Source: Rhodanobacteraceae bacterium
GTDB taxonomy: Bacteria; Pseudomonadota; Gammaproteobacteria; Xanthomonadales; Rhodanobacteraceae
Direction: 5' to 3'
NCBI GenBank assembly: GCA_016790075.1
Contig: JAEUPP010000061.1
Location: 8,225 to 72,224, forward strand
Length of the DNA stretch: 64,000 bases
The position numbers were made by a program, and so were the translations under genes. Positions 10,809 through 22,812 of this stretch are shown here, piece by piece. The stretch's first letter is position 1. Each line of letters starts with the position of its first letter. The notes below the pieces were generated by a model, which did not search any database, had not been told where the DNA came from, and saw nothing but the letters and a program-made list of their open reading frames with translations.

Positions 10809-12116
10809 ATGGATCTGATCCTGCGCCACGCGAACCTGCCCGATGGACGCCGCAACCAGGACATCGCGATCCGCGACGGCCGCATCGCTGATGTCGCCCC
10901 GAACCTTCCGGCAACGGCGCTCCAGGAAATCGAAGTCGGCGGACACCTGGTCTCGCCGCCGTTCGTCGACGCGCATTTTCATCTCGATGCGACACTGTCG
11001 CTGGGCCTGCCTAGGCTCAACCGCTCCGGCACCTTGCTCGAAGGCATTGCGCTCTGGGGCGAACTCAAGCCGGAACTCACCCAGGAGGCCCTGGTCGAGC
11101 GTGCGCTGGCTTACTGCGACATGGCCGCGAGCCAGGGCCTGCTCGCGATCCGCAGCCATGTCGATATCTGCGACGACCGCCTGCTCGCAGTCGACGCGCT
11201 GCTTGAGGTCAGACGCCGCGTCGCCCCGTACCTGGACCTGCAGCTCGTCGCGTTTCCGCAGGACGGCCTGCTGCGTAGCGCCACGGCGCACGAGAATCTG
11301 TTGCGCGCGCTCGACCGCGGCGTCGACGTGGTCGGCGGCATCCCGCATTTCGAGCGCACCATGGCCGACGGTGCCGAATCGGTCCGCCGGCTGTGCGGTA
11401 TCGCCGCCGACCGCGGCCTGCTCGTCGACATGCACTGTGACGAATCCGACGACCCGCTGTCGCGACACATCGAGACGCTGGCCGCCGAAACCCATCGCCT
11501 GGGCCTGCATGGCCGCGTGACCGGCTCGCACCTGACCTCGATGCACTCCATGGACAATTACTACGTGTCCAAGCTGTTGCCGCTGATGGCAGAAAGCGGC
11601 GTCGCCGCAGTGGCCAATCCTCTGATCAATATCACGCTGCAAGGCCGCCACGACACCTACCCGAAGCGGCGCGGCATGACACGTGTCCCGGAACTGCTGG
11701 CGGCCGGCGTCAACGTCGCCTTCGGCCACGACTGCGTCATGGACCCGTGGTATTCGTTTGGCAGCGCAGACATGCTCGAAGTCGCCCACATGGGCATCCA
11801 CGTCGCGCAGATGACTTCACAGGATGCGATCCGCCAAGCTTTCGATGCAGTTACCGTCAACGCGGCCCGCATCCTGCAACTCGATGGCTATGGTCTGGAG
11901 CCGGGCTGCCGCGCCGACCTCGTGGTGCTGCAGGCGGCCGATCCGTTCGAAGCGATACGCCTCAAGGCGGCGCGGTTGTACGTACTGCGCGCCGGCCGTG
12001 TCGTTGCACGCAGCCCGGCACGCTACAGCGAACTTGACCTGCCCGGCCGGCCGCGCGAGCTGACGCTGGAATTTGCGCCGAGCAGGCTGCCGCCAGCGCA
12101 AACAGCTTCCGAATAG
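10809..12116 (+). CDS. codA: Cytosine deaminase-like amidohydrolase
   Basis: FVDAHFHLD, VAFPQDG, MHCDESDDP, VTGSHLTSMHS, FGHDCVMDPWY. Confidence 0.88.
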   Translation: MDLILRHANLPDGRRNQDIAIRDGRIADVAPNLPATALQEIEVGGHLVSPPFVDAHFHLDATLSLGLPRLNRSGTLLEGIALWGELKPELTQEALVERALAYCDMAASQGLLAIRSHVDICDDRLLAVDALLEVRRRVAPYLDLQLVAFPQDGLLRSATAHENLLRALDRGVDVVGGIPHFERTMADGAESVRRLCGIAADRGLLVDMHCDESDDPLSRHIETLAAETHRLGLHGRVTGSHLTSMHSMDNYYVSKLLPLMAESGVAAVANPLINITLQGRHDTYPKRRGMTRVPELLAAGVNVAFGHDCVMDPWYSFGSADMLEVAHMGIHVAQMTSQDAIRQAFDAVTVNAARILQLDGYGLEPGCRADLVVLQAADPFEAIRLKAARLYVLRAGRVVARSPARYSELDLPGRPRELTLEFAPSRLPPAQTASE

Positions 12117-12449
12117 TCCCGGACCGGCTTCTACGTGAAGCGGCTTCGGATCATCGCGTGAGTCGAACCATCGGCCCGCGGCATTGGCCTGAGTCGCTAC
12201 TCCTGGGCAAGCCGCTGCAGGTACGCATCGTTGCTGAGCTTTTCCAGTATTTGTACGCCGTCGCGCTTCAGGTCCCGCAGATACTCGATCAATGTCGATT
12301 GGGGGCGCGGGAACCGACGGAAGTTGGCCTGCCGAAGTTGAACACGAGAGCGGACTGGATCCGAGACAAGCACTCGGTTGTGTTCTCCGCACGCGACTGG
12401 GGATAAGCCGCGGGCAACTTCGTCATAGCGAACCTGCCGTGGGGCCCTT

Positions 12450-13793
12450 TCAGCCGCGCCGCTCCGGCTCGGCGAGGAAACGGCGGCGGAATTCCAGCAT
12501 GCCCTCGCAAACAGCGTTGTAGAGGTACAGCGGAAAATCATCCGGAAGCCTTGCGCCGACGGCCTCAAGAACGGCTGGTGTGCGCTCGGCAAGGCCGCCA
12601 ATGAGCTCGGCTGCCTCCGGCAGGCCCAGCCGCCGTCCCATGTCGACCCAATGCCAGCGATGGATGTCCTGAAGCCGCTGAAGCCGGTAGTGGCGATTGG
12701 CTCCCTCAACGGCCATGGCCAACTTCAAGCGGCGCGGATCCAGCTGATTGTTTCTGCGGCCGGTGATTGGATGTACCGAAACGACGTCATACAGCGGCGT
12801 CATCCGGTAGCACCCCCGCGGCCCTATCGTCAGGCTGAAGTTCTTGGCGTGCCCATCCGTCGCCGCCATCAGCCAGAACAGAAACTGTGCAGAAAAGAAC
12901 GTCCTGCGGTCCTGCTGCGCAGATTCAGAACTGCGCAGTATCTGCATGATGCGGGCCATGCCAGGACCGCCTTCTGCTTCGTATTTCCGCGTCGGCGGTA
13001 AACCGGCGACCTGGCAGAAGTCTTCCTGTGGAATCCGCATCCACCATTTCCTGTCCGGCGCGAGACGGCGATCGAAGCGCTCGATGATCAGGACTTTCTG
13101 GTTCTCAAATCGACCGATCTGCGCCTGCGCGACAGGCAGACCGAACTCACGCAGGATCTCAAGGCTAAGCCACTCCAGCTCGGCCGAATCGCACATGTCG
13201 GCCTGGACATTGGCCACCAGCCCGAGTGGCAATTTGAAGATGTGCGTGCTCGGCGTCGCTCCTCGTGGCCGGCACCAGCGCTTGCGGTGCCACAGCAACG
13301 CGGTCTTTTCCTGCGTACCGGCGATCGACAACCGAAACCCGTCCTTGCTCTCCAAGCCCAACGGGTCGGCACGTACGGTATTGCGCAGCAGCGCCGCGAC
13401 CTGGGCTTCAGTCAGCGTTTCGGCTTCGATTCGACGGTGTTCGTCCGGCCTCTCACCTTCAGGCAGAAGCTGAACGGCGCCGGCGCAATCTCTCCCGAGC
13501 TCGGCCAGCAGATCGAAGGCTCTCGTCGAGCGGAGCCGGTGGCGCTCCTGCAGACGGCGCAGGATCTGCTCGTTATCGGGAATCAGATTGTCGAAATAGG
13601 CGGCTACGGTGGCGCCGCGCAATGCTGCGCCGCCGCCGAAGGGCAAGGACAGGGACAACGGGCGCCCCTGTTCGTCCGCCATCCATTCGGATGCATAGAC
13701 GAGCACGGCCCGTCCGCCGGCGCTGCGCCGCCATTGGCCGACGAACAGGCCGTTCATCCAGATGTCCAACGCCGCTGCACGCCGCGTTGCCAT
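12450..13793 (-). CDS. hipA: HipA-family Ser/Thr kinase toxin
   Basis: LSLSLP, SIAGTQEKTAL, HIFKLP, IERFDR, QEDFCQ, ATDGHAKNFS, MTPLYDVVS. Confidence 0.95.
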   Translation of the reverse strand: MATRRAAALDIWMNGLFVGQWRRSAGGRAVLVYASEWMADEQGRPLSLSLPFGGGAALRGATVAAYFDNLIPDNEQILRRLQERHRLRSTRAFDLLAELGRDCAGAVQLLPEGERPDEHRRIEAETLTEAQVAALLRNTVRADPLGLESKDGFRLSIAGTQEKTALLWHRKRWCRPRGATPSTHIFKLPLGLVANVQADMCDSAELEWLSLEILREFGLPVAQAQIGRFENQKVLIIERFDRRLAPDRKWWMRIPQEDFCQVAGLPPTRKYEAEGGPGMARIMQILRSSESAQQDRRTFFSAQFLFWLMAATDGHAKNFSLTIGPRGCYRMTPLYDVVSVHPITGRRNNQLDPRRLKLAMAVEGANRHYRLQRLQDIHRWHWVDMGRRLGLPEAAELIGGLAERTPAVLEAVGARLPDDFPLYLYNAVCEGMLEFRRRFLAEPERRG

Positions 13794-13795
13794 GA

Positions 13796-14044
13796 CTACC
13801 AGCCGCCCTCGGACGAGTTCGGCGATGTACGGCTGCGCAGGAACATTTCCAGACCTAGCACCTGGCACAGCTGATGGATTCGCTCGAAGGAAACGCGGCT
13901 GGCATCCCGCTCCAGTTTCGACAGCGCCTGGGCGCTGATGCCCAACTGTGCACCTACCTGCGCCTGGGTCAGTTTCTTGCTGATCCTTTCGGAGCGCAGC
14001 AAGGAACCGAGCTGCGCCGGAATACGTATGGCTTCGTCTCGCAT
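13796..14044 (-). CDS. hipB: HipB-like XRE-family HTH antitoxin
   Basis: LGSLLRSERISKKLTQAQVGAQLGISAQALSKLE; immediately upstream of hipA. Confidence 0.9.
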   Translation of the reverse strand: MRDEAIRIPAQLGSLLRSERISKKLTQAQVGAQLGISAQALSKLERDASRVSFERIHQLCQVLGLEMFLRSRTSPNSSEGGW

Positions 14045-14125
14045 GCAACCGATCTCCAGGAGAACGAGGCACGAATTTTTCGCAGAATCCGCCGCAGATT
14101 CGGCTAGGGGCATCATGAACCGCCA

Positions 14126-14227
14126 GATTCATTCCGCACGGTGAATCCTTCGATTCAAGCTATGCGATGAATTAACGGAATTCAACCTACACGATGAATT
14201 AGTGGAATTCAGCCTGCGCGATGAATT
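14126..14227. promoter_or_regulatory. Four tandem palindromic operators (ATTCA-N10-TGAAT) upstream of hipBA
   Basis: Sites at 14126-14147, 14152-14173, 14179-14200 and 14206-14227, spaced 26-27 bp. Confidence 0.8.
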
Positions 14228-14319
14228 GATGTCCGTTCAATTCTTGAACACAAAGCCTCTTTGTCGGCGCGGAAAAACGAGCTGACAAAGTCCTTTTTCC
14301 CGGAAAATTTCTCCGCAAC

Positions 14320-14347
14320 AAAAAGCCCCGCATCGCTGCGAGGCTTT
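14320..14347 (-). terminator. Rho-independent terminator of groEL
   Basis: Minus strand AAGCCTCGCA-GCGA-TGCGGGGCTT followed by TTT. Confidence 0.8.
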
Positions 14348-14408
14348 CGAGTAGCGCAGATCCGCCGCGCGGCGCGCGGCGGATCGCTGGCGACGGTGTA
14401 GCGGACAA

Positions 14409-16100
<1,692 letters not shown>

Positions 16101-16166
16101 TCAGAGAAAGCGACCCGGCGGGCTGCGACGTGGCAGTGCTGCCATCGCGCCCAACCTGGTGCGATC

Positions 16167-16457
16167 TCAGGCTTCGATAACGGCCAGCAGATCTTCTTCG
16201 CGCATGACGAGCAGTTCTTCGCCGTCGATCTTCACTTCGGTGCCGCTGTACTTGCCGAACAGGACCTTGTCACCGGCCTTGACAGCGATCGGGCGGACCT
16301 TGCCGTCTTCAAGGATTTTGCCGCTACCGGCTGCGATGACTTCGCCACGGACGGGCTTCTCGGTGGCGCTGTCGGGGATGACGATGCCGCCAGCGGATTT
16401 GGTTTCGGCTTCCAGGCGCTTGATGATGACGCGGTCGTGCAGGGGACGAAGCTTCAT
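16167..16457 (-). CDS. groES: Co-chaperonin GroES
   Basis: [14 protein letters not shown]...[13 protein letters not shown]...[11 protein letters not shown]; GAGGGAG RBS. Confidence 0.99.
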   Translation of the reverse strand: MKLRPLHDRVIIKRLEAETKSAGGIVIPDSATEKPVRGEVIAAGSGKILEDGKVRPIAVKAGDKVLFGKYSGTEVKIDGEELLVMREEDLLAVIEA

Positions 16458-16513
16458 GTGTGCTCCCTCAGGGGTTGTCAAGGAATTGATTGATAAAGGG
16501 TTCGGTCGACTTG

Positions 16514-16540
16514 TTAGCACTCGCCGCCGGTGAGTGCTAA
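16514..16540. promoter_or_regulatory. CIRCE element (HrcA operator)
   Basis: Exact TTAGCACTC-N9-GAGTGCTAA. Confidence 0.97.
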
Positions 16541-16602
16541 TTCTAGCGGCTGATGCTGACAAGGCAATGCCCCAGCGCGGGCCGAACGATCAGGTGGCCG
16601 AC

Positions 16603-16630
16603 ATATGGGGAGCATGGCGACGCTTTCAAG
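16603..16630 (-). promoter_or_regulatory. sigma32 (RpoH) promoter of groESL
   Basis: Minus strand CTTGAAA-N13-CCCCATAT. Confidence 0.9.
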
Positions 16631-16717
16631 GGCTCCTGACACTGGGCCTGAGCCGAATGGATGCGCCCGCTTGCTGCGCACTCCTGGGTAGCTGCGGCCG
16701 GGTCGGCGCTGATCAAC

Positions 16718-16787
16718 GGGTGTCCTTGGCTGGGTGTCCTTGGCTGGGTGTCCTTGGCTGGGTGTCCTTGGCTGGGTGTCCTTGGCT
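16718..16787. repeat. Five exact tandem copies of 14-bp GGGTGTCCTTGGCT
   Basis: Units start at 16718, 16732, 16746, 16760 and 16774. Confidence 0.95.
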
Positions 16788-16901
16788 GTCCGCCGCGGTC
16801 GCTTGGGTCCCGAGTGACGGGATGCATTCGCTTGTTGTCCCCATGGGCGCGCGCGGCGGCTCGCGCTATCGTGCGCGACCCTGACCGCCGCGGCTGCGAC
16901 C

Positions 16902-17225
16902 ATGTCCGTTCTGACCGTGTATTGCTGCGTACCTGATATAGAGGTCGCCGACCGCATCGCGCGGGCGCTGGTGCAGGAAGGCCTGGCCGCCTGTGTGAAC
17001 CGGCTGCCAGGTGTCGTGTCGACTTATCGCTGGAACGGTGAAATCCGTGCTGACACTGAACTGCTACTGCTGGTCAAGACCACGCGGGCACGCTTTGAGG
17101 CACTGCGAGCACGTATCGTTACGCTGCATCCGTATGAACTACCAGAGATCATCGCGGTCGATGTGACCCTGGGGCATGAGCCATATCTGGCCTGGGTAGC
17201 CGAGGCCACCGCATTCAAGCACTGA
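16902..17225 (+). CDS. cutA: Divalent-cation tolerance protein CutA
   Basis: LAACVN, STYRWNGEI, HPYELPEII; precedes dsbD. Confidence 0.95.
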   Translation: MSVLTVYCCVPDIEVADRIARALVQEGLAACVNRLPGVVSTYRWNGEIRADTELLLLVKTTRARFEALRARIVTLHPYELPEIIAVDVTLGHEPYLAWVAEATAFKH

Positions 17226-17303
17226 CCGCTCGACCGTAAGCGGTCGCGAGAACCGCCAGAAGCCGGCGGTCCGTTTAACCATCACCTTGCTGCTGGAGCT
17301 GCA

Positions 17304-19610
17304 ATGAGTCGTTTTGCCTGCTGTGCCCTGCTCGTCGCAAGTCTGGCCGGCCCCAGTCCGGTCCTCGCGCAAACGGAGACGGAGTTGCTCCGGGTCGAGG
17401 AAGCATTCGCCCTGACGACTACTGTCGACGACCGCAGCAGCGTCAAGCTCGAGTGGAAGATTGCGGACGGCTATTACCTGTATCGCTCCCGCATCAAGAC
17501 CGGCAAGCCGGCCGAGGGCGTCACCCTGGGCGAGCTGCAGCTGCCGCCGGGCGAGGCCAAACACGATGAGTTTCTCGGCGACGTCGAGGTCTATCACCAC
17601 AACGCCGTTGCGACGCAGTTGCTGACGGCCAGCAGCGACACCGCCGAGTTCAGCCTCAGCTTTCAGGGCTGCCACGAGCGCGAACCCAAGATCTGCTACC
17701 CCCCGCATACCACCAGGGTCAGCGTAGCGCTGCCGAAGGCAGCGGCAACTGCCACGCCGGCCGCGGCGACTTCAGCCCCCGCTTCGGGCGACCTCAAGTC
17801 CGCACTCAATCGGCTCGGCAAGCCCGCGAATGAAGCCCCCATGGACACCGCGACAGTCGATTCCGCCGCAACGGAAAAACTGCCGCTACCGCCTGAGCAG
17901 GCCTTCGTATTCGAGACCATCGCAACCGGCCCTACCCAATTGCTGGCGCGCTGGACCATGCCCAAGGGCTACTACCTCTATCGCGACAAGACCGTATTCA
18001 CGTTGCCGGCCGGCGGTGTCGCACTGGGCAAGCCAGCCTGGCCGGCAGGTGTGCTGCACAAGGACGAGCACTTCGGCGAAGTCACCGTCTATTTCGATCA
18101 GGTCGAACTGCCGATAGCACTGCTGCGCGAGCGCGGCGAGGCGCAGAAGCTGAGTCTCAGCGCCGAGTTCCAGGGCTGCGAGGACAACGGCATCTGTTAT
18201 CCGGTCATGACACGCCGTGTCGACATCGACCTGCCAGCCGCGACAGAAGCTGAACTCAAGCTGGGTGCCGATCTCATCAAGGCACAACAGGGGCAGTCCG
18301 CAACCACCAGCACCAGTGACGATCGCTCCGAGGAGCAAGTGCTGGCCGCAAGCCTCTCGGGTAACCGGCTGCTCGCGCTACTGTCGTTCTTCGGCTTTGG
18401 ACTGCTGCTCGCCTTCACGCCCTGCGTGTTCCCGATGGTTCCGATTCTGTCCGGCATCATTGCCGGAGCCGGTCCCGAGGTATCCACCCGACGCGCATTC
18501 GTGCTCTCCCTGGTCTATGTGCTCGCCTCGTCCGTCGTCTTCACGATTGCCGGCGTCGTCGCCGGCCTGGCCGGCGCCAACCTGCAGGCGGCGTTTCAGC
18601 AACCGTGGATACTGACCGCGTTTGCACTGCTGTTCGTGTTGCTGTCGCTGTCGATGTTCGGCTTCTATGAACTGCAGCTGCCGAGCATGCTGCAGAACCG
18701 CATTGCGAACGTAAGCAACCGCCAGCAGGGTGGGTCACTGACCGGCGTCGCCATCATGGGTGTGCTGTCGGCATTGATCGTCGGCCCCTGCGTCGCCCCT
18801 CCCCTTGCCGCGGCCGTGCTCTATATCAGCCAGACCGGCGACCCCGTGTTTGGCGGTCTGGCTCTATTTGCGCTGTCGCTGGGCATGGGGGCGCCACTGG
18901 TAATCGCCGGCAGCGCAGCAGGCAAATTGCTGCCGCGCGCCGGTGCCTGGATGGACGCGGTAAAAGCCGTATTCGGCGTAAGTTTTCTGGCGCTGGCGAT
19001 CTGGATGCTGTCGCGCTTCCTCGACCCCACCTGGATCATGCTCATGGCCGGCACCCTGGCCCTCACCAGCGGCGTCTACCTCGGTGCGCTGGAAAAGCTG
19101 CCGGACAATGCTTCTGGCTGGCGCACCCTGTGGAAGGCGCTAGGGGTGATCCTGCTGATCGCCGGCGCCGCACAGTGGGTGGGCGCGCTCGCGGGCTCGC
19201 GCGATCTGCTGCAGCCGCTCAAGGGCATCGGCGGCGGCGTTGCGGCAGCCGAAAACAAGCTGCCTTTCCGTGCGATCAAGAGTATCGATGACCTGCAGCG
19301 CAGCCTTGGCGAAGGCAAGCCGGTAATGCTCGACTTCTATGCCGACTGGTGCGTGGCGTGCAAGGAAATGGAGAAATTTACTTTTACCAAACCTGAAGTC
19401 CACACCGCACTCCAGGGACACCTCCTGCTCAAGGCCGACGTCACCGCGAACGACGCCACCGACCAGGCGTTGCTCAAACACTTCGGCCTGTTCGGACCAC
19501 CGGCCACGATCTTCTTCGGAGCCGATGGCAAGGAGCGCCGCGCACAGCGCCTGATCGGCTTTGAGTCGGCCGACAAATTTTCAGCTCGCGCGACCCGGGC
19601 TGGCCGCTGA
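17304..19610 (+). CDS. dsbD: Thiol:disulfide interchange protein DsbD with duplicated N-terminal domain
   Basis: Two DsbD-N domains (YYLYR...FQGC..ICYP), TPCVFPM and GPCVAPP TM cysteines, C-terminal DFYADWCVACK. Confidence 0.95.
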   Translation: MSRFACCALLVASLAGPSPVLAQTETELLRVEEAFALTTTVDDRSSVKLEWKIADGYYLYRSRIKTGKPAEGVTLGELQLPPGEAKHDEFLGDVEVYHHNAVATQLLTASSDTAEFSLSFQGCHEREPKICYPPHTTRVSVALPKAAATATPAAATSAPASGDLKSALNRLGKPANEAPMDTATVDSAATEKLPLPPEQAFVFETIATGPTQLLARWTMPKGYYLYRDKTVFTLPAGGVALGKPAWPAGVLHKDEHFGEVTVYFDQVELPIALLRERGEAQKLSLSAEFQGCEDNGICYPVMTRRVDIDLPAATEAELKLGADLIKAQQGQSATTSTSDDRSEEQVLAASLSGNRLLALLSFFGFGLLLAFTPCVFPMVPILSGIIAGAGPEVSTRRAFVLSLVYVLASSVVFTIAGVVAGLAGANLQAAFQQPWILTAFALLFVLLSLSMFGFYELQLPSMLQNRIANVSNRQQGGSLTGVAIMGVLSALIVGPCVAPPLAAAVLYISQTGDPVFGGLALFALSLGMGAPLVIAGSAAGKLLPRAGAWMDAVKAVFGVSFLALAIWMLSRFLDPTWIMLMAGTLALTSGVYLGALEKLPDNASGWRTLWKALGVILLIAGAAQWVGALAGSRDLLQPLKGIGGGVAAAENKLPFRAIKSIDDLQRSLGEGKPVMLDFYADWCVACKEMEKFTFTKPEVHTALQGHLLLKADVTANDATDQALLKHFGLFGPPATIFFGADGKERRAQRLIGFESADKFSARATRAGR

Positions 19611-20347
19611 TGAGCTGGAAACACACGGCCGCCGTCGGCGTATTCGCGGTAGCAGCGGGCCTGGCCGGCCTGGTCGTTGGCAGCATAGTCACCGGCAAAG
19701 GGGCGCCGCGTGGAGCCACGGACCTGCTAAGCCGCAGCCCCGCGACCCGCTGGCTGGCCGATGCCTGGATCGCGGCGGCGCAACCGAAAGCCCCGCCCGG
19801 CGTGCGCATCGCGCAGAAAGGCGATCCGGCGCCGACCATTGCGCTGGTCGATCGTAATGGCCAGAAGGCCACACTCGCGCAGTGGCCGCAGCACCTGATC
19901 GTGGTGAATTTCTGGGCGACCTGGTGCACTCCCTGCCGCAAGGAAATGCCCGAGCTCGACCGTTTTCAGCGCAAGCACGCAGCCAACGGCGTGCAAGTCG
20001 TCGGCATTGCCGTTGATGGCCTGGCCGAAGTCGAAGCCTTCCTGAACGACACGCCGGTCAGCTACCCGATACTGCTGAGCCCGAACTTCAACGCAAACCC
20101 GTCGCTGCCGTTTGGCAATACCTATGGTGCATTGCCCTTCAGTGTCCTGCTGGGCCGGGATGGCCGCATTCTCGACACGCGCCTGGGCGAACTCAGCGAG
20201 TCCGCGCTCGAAAACTGGCTCGCACCGCACAGCAAACCGCGCGGAGCCGCCGCGCAGCATCCAACCCCCATCGAAACGGATACCGGCAGCAAGATCACGA
20301 AATTCGGCCCCTGGCGGCAGCCGCCTGCACAAGCCGCGAACGCCTGA
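19610..20347 (+). CDS. TlpA-family thiol-disulfide oxidoreductase
   Basis: VVNFWATWCTPCRKEMPEL; N-terminal membrane anchor. Confidence 0.9.
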   Translation: MSWKHTAAVGVFAVAAGLAGLVVGSIVTGKGAPRGATDLLSRSPATRWLADAWIAAAQPKAPPGVRIAQKGDPAPTIALVDRNGQKATLAQWPQHLIVVNFWATWCTPCRKEMPELDRFQRKHAANGVQVVGIAVDGLAEVEAFLNDTPVSYPILLSPNFNANPSLPFGNTYGALPFSVLLGRDGRILDTRLGELSESALENWLAPHSKPRGAAAQHPTPIETDTGSKITKFGPWRQPPAQAANA

Positions 20348-20464
20348 GCGGGAATCAGGCCGGCAAGTTAAACATCGGCGATCATCGCCGAACTGGACAA
20401 GATTACTCATCAAGTGCAGACTTGCGCGCCCCAGCTGGCACCGTGTCGGCGGTGGAGAGCCAGC

Positions 20465-20902
20465 TTGGCCAGAATCCTGTTGCTGAATGGCCCCAACCTC
20501 AACCTGCTCGGCTTGCGCGAGCCGGAAACCTACGGGCATGCAACGCTGGACAGCATCGTCGGCGATCTGGTCGCAATTGCGCAAGCACATGGGCATGAAC
20601 TCGATCATCTGCAGTCCAATGCCGAGCACCTGCTGATTGACCGCATTCATGCTGCACGCGCCGACGGCAGCCGCTTCATCCTGATCAATCCTGCCGCCTT
20701 TACGCATAGCAGCGTTGCATTGCGCGATGCCCTGCTAGCCGTCAGCCTGCCATTTATCGAGTTACATCTGTCGAACGTGCACGCCCGCGAACCGTTCCGG
20801 CATCAGTCCTATCTGTCCGACGTCGCGGTCGGCGTCATCTGCGGTTTCGGCGCCGACAGCTATCGGCTGGCGCTCGAAGCAGCAATGCGCCGGCTTAGCT
20901 GA
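20465..20902 (+). CDS. aroQ: Type II 3-dehydroquinate dehydratase
   Basis: [49 protein letters not shown]; TTG start after GGAG. Confidence 0.95.
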   Translation: MARILLLNGPNLNLLGLREPETYGHATLDSIVGDLVAIAQAHGHELDHLQSNAEHLLIDRIHAARADGSRFILINPAAFTHSSVALRDALLAVSLPFIELHLSNVHAREPFRHQSYLSDVAVGVICGFGADSYRLALEAAMRRLS

Positions 20903-20938
20903 AACGTCTCAACCGTCACCGCTCCTGAGGATCCGTCT

Positions 20939-21430
20939 GTGGACCTGCGCAAAATCAAGAAGCTGATCGACATCCTGGAAGAGTCGAATCTGGCCGAACT
21001 CGAAATCAAGGAAGGCGAGGAAGTCGTCCGCCTTAGCCGCATTCCCAAGGGAATGAGTCTGCCGATGGCGCCCATGCAGGCGGCGCCTGCGCCGGTTACG
21101 CATGTTCACGTGGAACCACAACGGCCCGCGGCAACCAGCGCCGGCCCCGCCGCCGCAGAAGCAGCCGGCGGCGCCGTGAACAAGGCTCTACCTGACGGGC
21201 ATGTGGTCCGCTCCCCCATGGTCGGCACTTACTACGCGTCGCCGAGCCCTGATGCACCGCCATTTGTGAAGCTGGGCCAGCAGGTCAAGCCGGGGGACAC
21301 CCTTGCGATCATCGAAGCAATGAAGATGTTCAACCAGATCGAAGCGGATGTCGGCGGCACCGTACTCGCAATCCTCGCGACCAGCGGCCGACCGATCGAG
21401 TTCGACGAACCGCTGTTTGTCATTGGTTGA
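20939..21430 (+). CDS. accB: Acetyl-CoA carboxylase biotin carboxyl carrier protein
   Basis: [31 protein letters not shown]. Confidence 0.97.
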   Translation: MDLRKIKKLIDILEESNLAELEIKEGEEVVRLSRIPKGMSLPMAPMQAAPAPVTHVHVEPQRPAATSAGPAAAEAAGGAVNKALPDGHVVRSPMVGTYYASPSPDAPPFVKLGQQVKPGDTLAIIEAMKMFNQIEADVGGTVLAILATSGRPIEFDEPLFVIG

Positions 21431-21444
21431 GCGGACACCAAACC

Positions 21445-22812
21445 ATGCTCGATAAAGTCGTTATCGCCAATCGTGGCGAGATCGCCCTGCGCGTACTCCG
21501 CGCCTGCCAGACGCTGGGCATCAAGACGGTTGCTGTGCATTCCACGGTCGATCGCAACCTCAAGCACGTGGGCATGGCAGATGAGTCCGTCTGCATAGGT
21601 CCGGCGCCCGCAGCCGAGTCCTATCTCAACGTTCCGGCCATTATCGCCGCGGCGGAAGTGACGGATGCCCAGGCCATCCACCCGGGCTACGGCTTCTTGT
21701 CGGAGAACGCCGACTTCGCCGAGCGCTGCGAAAAGTCCGGCTTCATCTTCATAGGTCCGACTGCAAACGTAATCCGCCTCATGGGCGACAAGGTCGAAGC
21801 GATCCGGGCGATGAAAGCCGCCGGCGTGCCCTGCGTACCGGGATCGGGTGGACCGCTGGGAGATGACCCGGTCGAGAACGGCCGCATCGCCCGCGAGATC
21901 GGCTATCCGATCATCGTAAAGGCGGCCGGCGGCGGCGGCGGGCGCGGCATGCGCGTCGTGCATACCGAAGCTCATCTGCACAACGCGATCACCATGACGA
22001 AGTCGGAAGCCAAGGCGGCCTTCGGCAACGACATGGTCTACATGGAGAAGTTTCTCGAGAACCCGCGCCATGTGGAAATTCAGGTACTAGCTGACGGCCA
22101 GGGCAGCGCCATCCATCTGGGCGAGCGTGACTGCTCGATGCAGCGCCGCCACCAGAAAGTCGTCGAAGAGGCTCCGGCACCAGGCATTACGCCGGAACTG
22201 CGCGCCGAGATCGGCAAGGTCTGCGTCGAAGCCTGCCTGCGCATCGGTTATCGCGGCGCCGGCACATTCGAGTTTCTTTATGAGAACGGCCGCTTCTATT
22301 TCATAGAGATGAATACGCGTATTCAGGTCGAGCACCCGGTGACCGAACTGATCACCGGGGTTGACCTGGTACGCGAGCAACTGCTGATCGCCGCCGGCGA
22401 GAAGCTCTCGATCCGCCAGGAAGATGTGACCTTCACTGGCCACTCGATCGAATGCCGCATCAACGCAGAGGACCCGGACACCTTCATGCCTTCACCGGGC
22501 ACGATCAAGCGCTTCCTCGGTGCCGGCGGCCCCGGTGTGCGTCTGGACACGCATATCTACGACGGTTACCGCATTCCGCCGAACTACGATTCCATGATCG
22601 GCAAGCTCATCGTGCATGGCCGCGATCGTGCTACAGCAATTGCGCGCATGCGGCTGGCGCTAGCGGAAATGGTTATCGACGGCGTCAAGACCAATATTCC
22701 GCTGCAACAGCGAATCATGAGCGACCTGGGCTTTCAGGCTGGCGGCCAGAACATCCACTACCTGGAAAAGCGTATCGCCGAGCAAAAGGAAAAGGGCATT
22801 GCACTGGGTTGA
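21445..22812 (+). CDS. accC: Acetyl-CoA carboxylase biotin carboxylase subunit
   Basis: [53 protein letters not shown]. Confidence 0.98.
   Translation: MLDKVVIANRGEIALRVLRACQTLGIKTVAVHSTVDRNLKHVGMADESVCIGPAPAAESYLNVPAIIAAAEVTDAQAIHPGYGFLSENADFAERCEKSGFIFIGPTANVIRLMGDKVEAIRAMKAAGVPCVPGSGGPLGDDPVENGRIAREIGYPIIVKAAGGGGGRGMRVVHTEAHLHNAITMTKSEAKAAFGNDMVYMEKFLENPRHVEIQVLADGQGSAIHLGERDCSMQRRHQKVVEEAPAPGITPELRAEIGKVCVEACLRIGYRGAGTFEFLYENGRFYFIEMNTRIQVEHPVTELITGVDLVREQLLIAAGEKLSIRQEDVTFTGHSIECRINAEDPDTFMPSPGTIKRFLGAGGPGVRLDTHIYDGYRIPPNYDSMIGKLIVHGRDRATAIARMRLALAEMVIDGVKTNIPLQQRIMSDLGFQAGGQNIHYLEKRIAEQKEKGIALG

Noticed and set aside
12197-12450. Possible gene remnant between codA and hipA (...IEYLRDLKRDGVQILEKLSNDAYLQRLAQE)
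   Set aside because: No convincing start, RBS or family motif; cannot be supported without a search
12450-14044. hipBA, together with the distant NADAR gene, as a defence island
   Set aside because: The two loci are about 46 kb apart, with no other recognisable defence genes nearby
14126-14227. 27-bp periodic repeats as a mini-CRISPR
   Set aside because: Spacers are only 4-5 nt, there are no cas genes, and the palindromes fit operators
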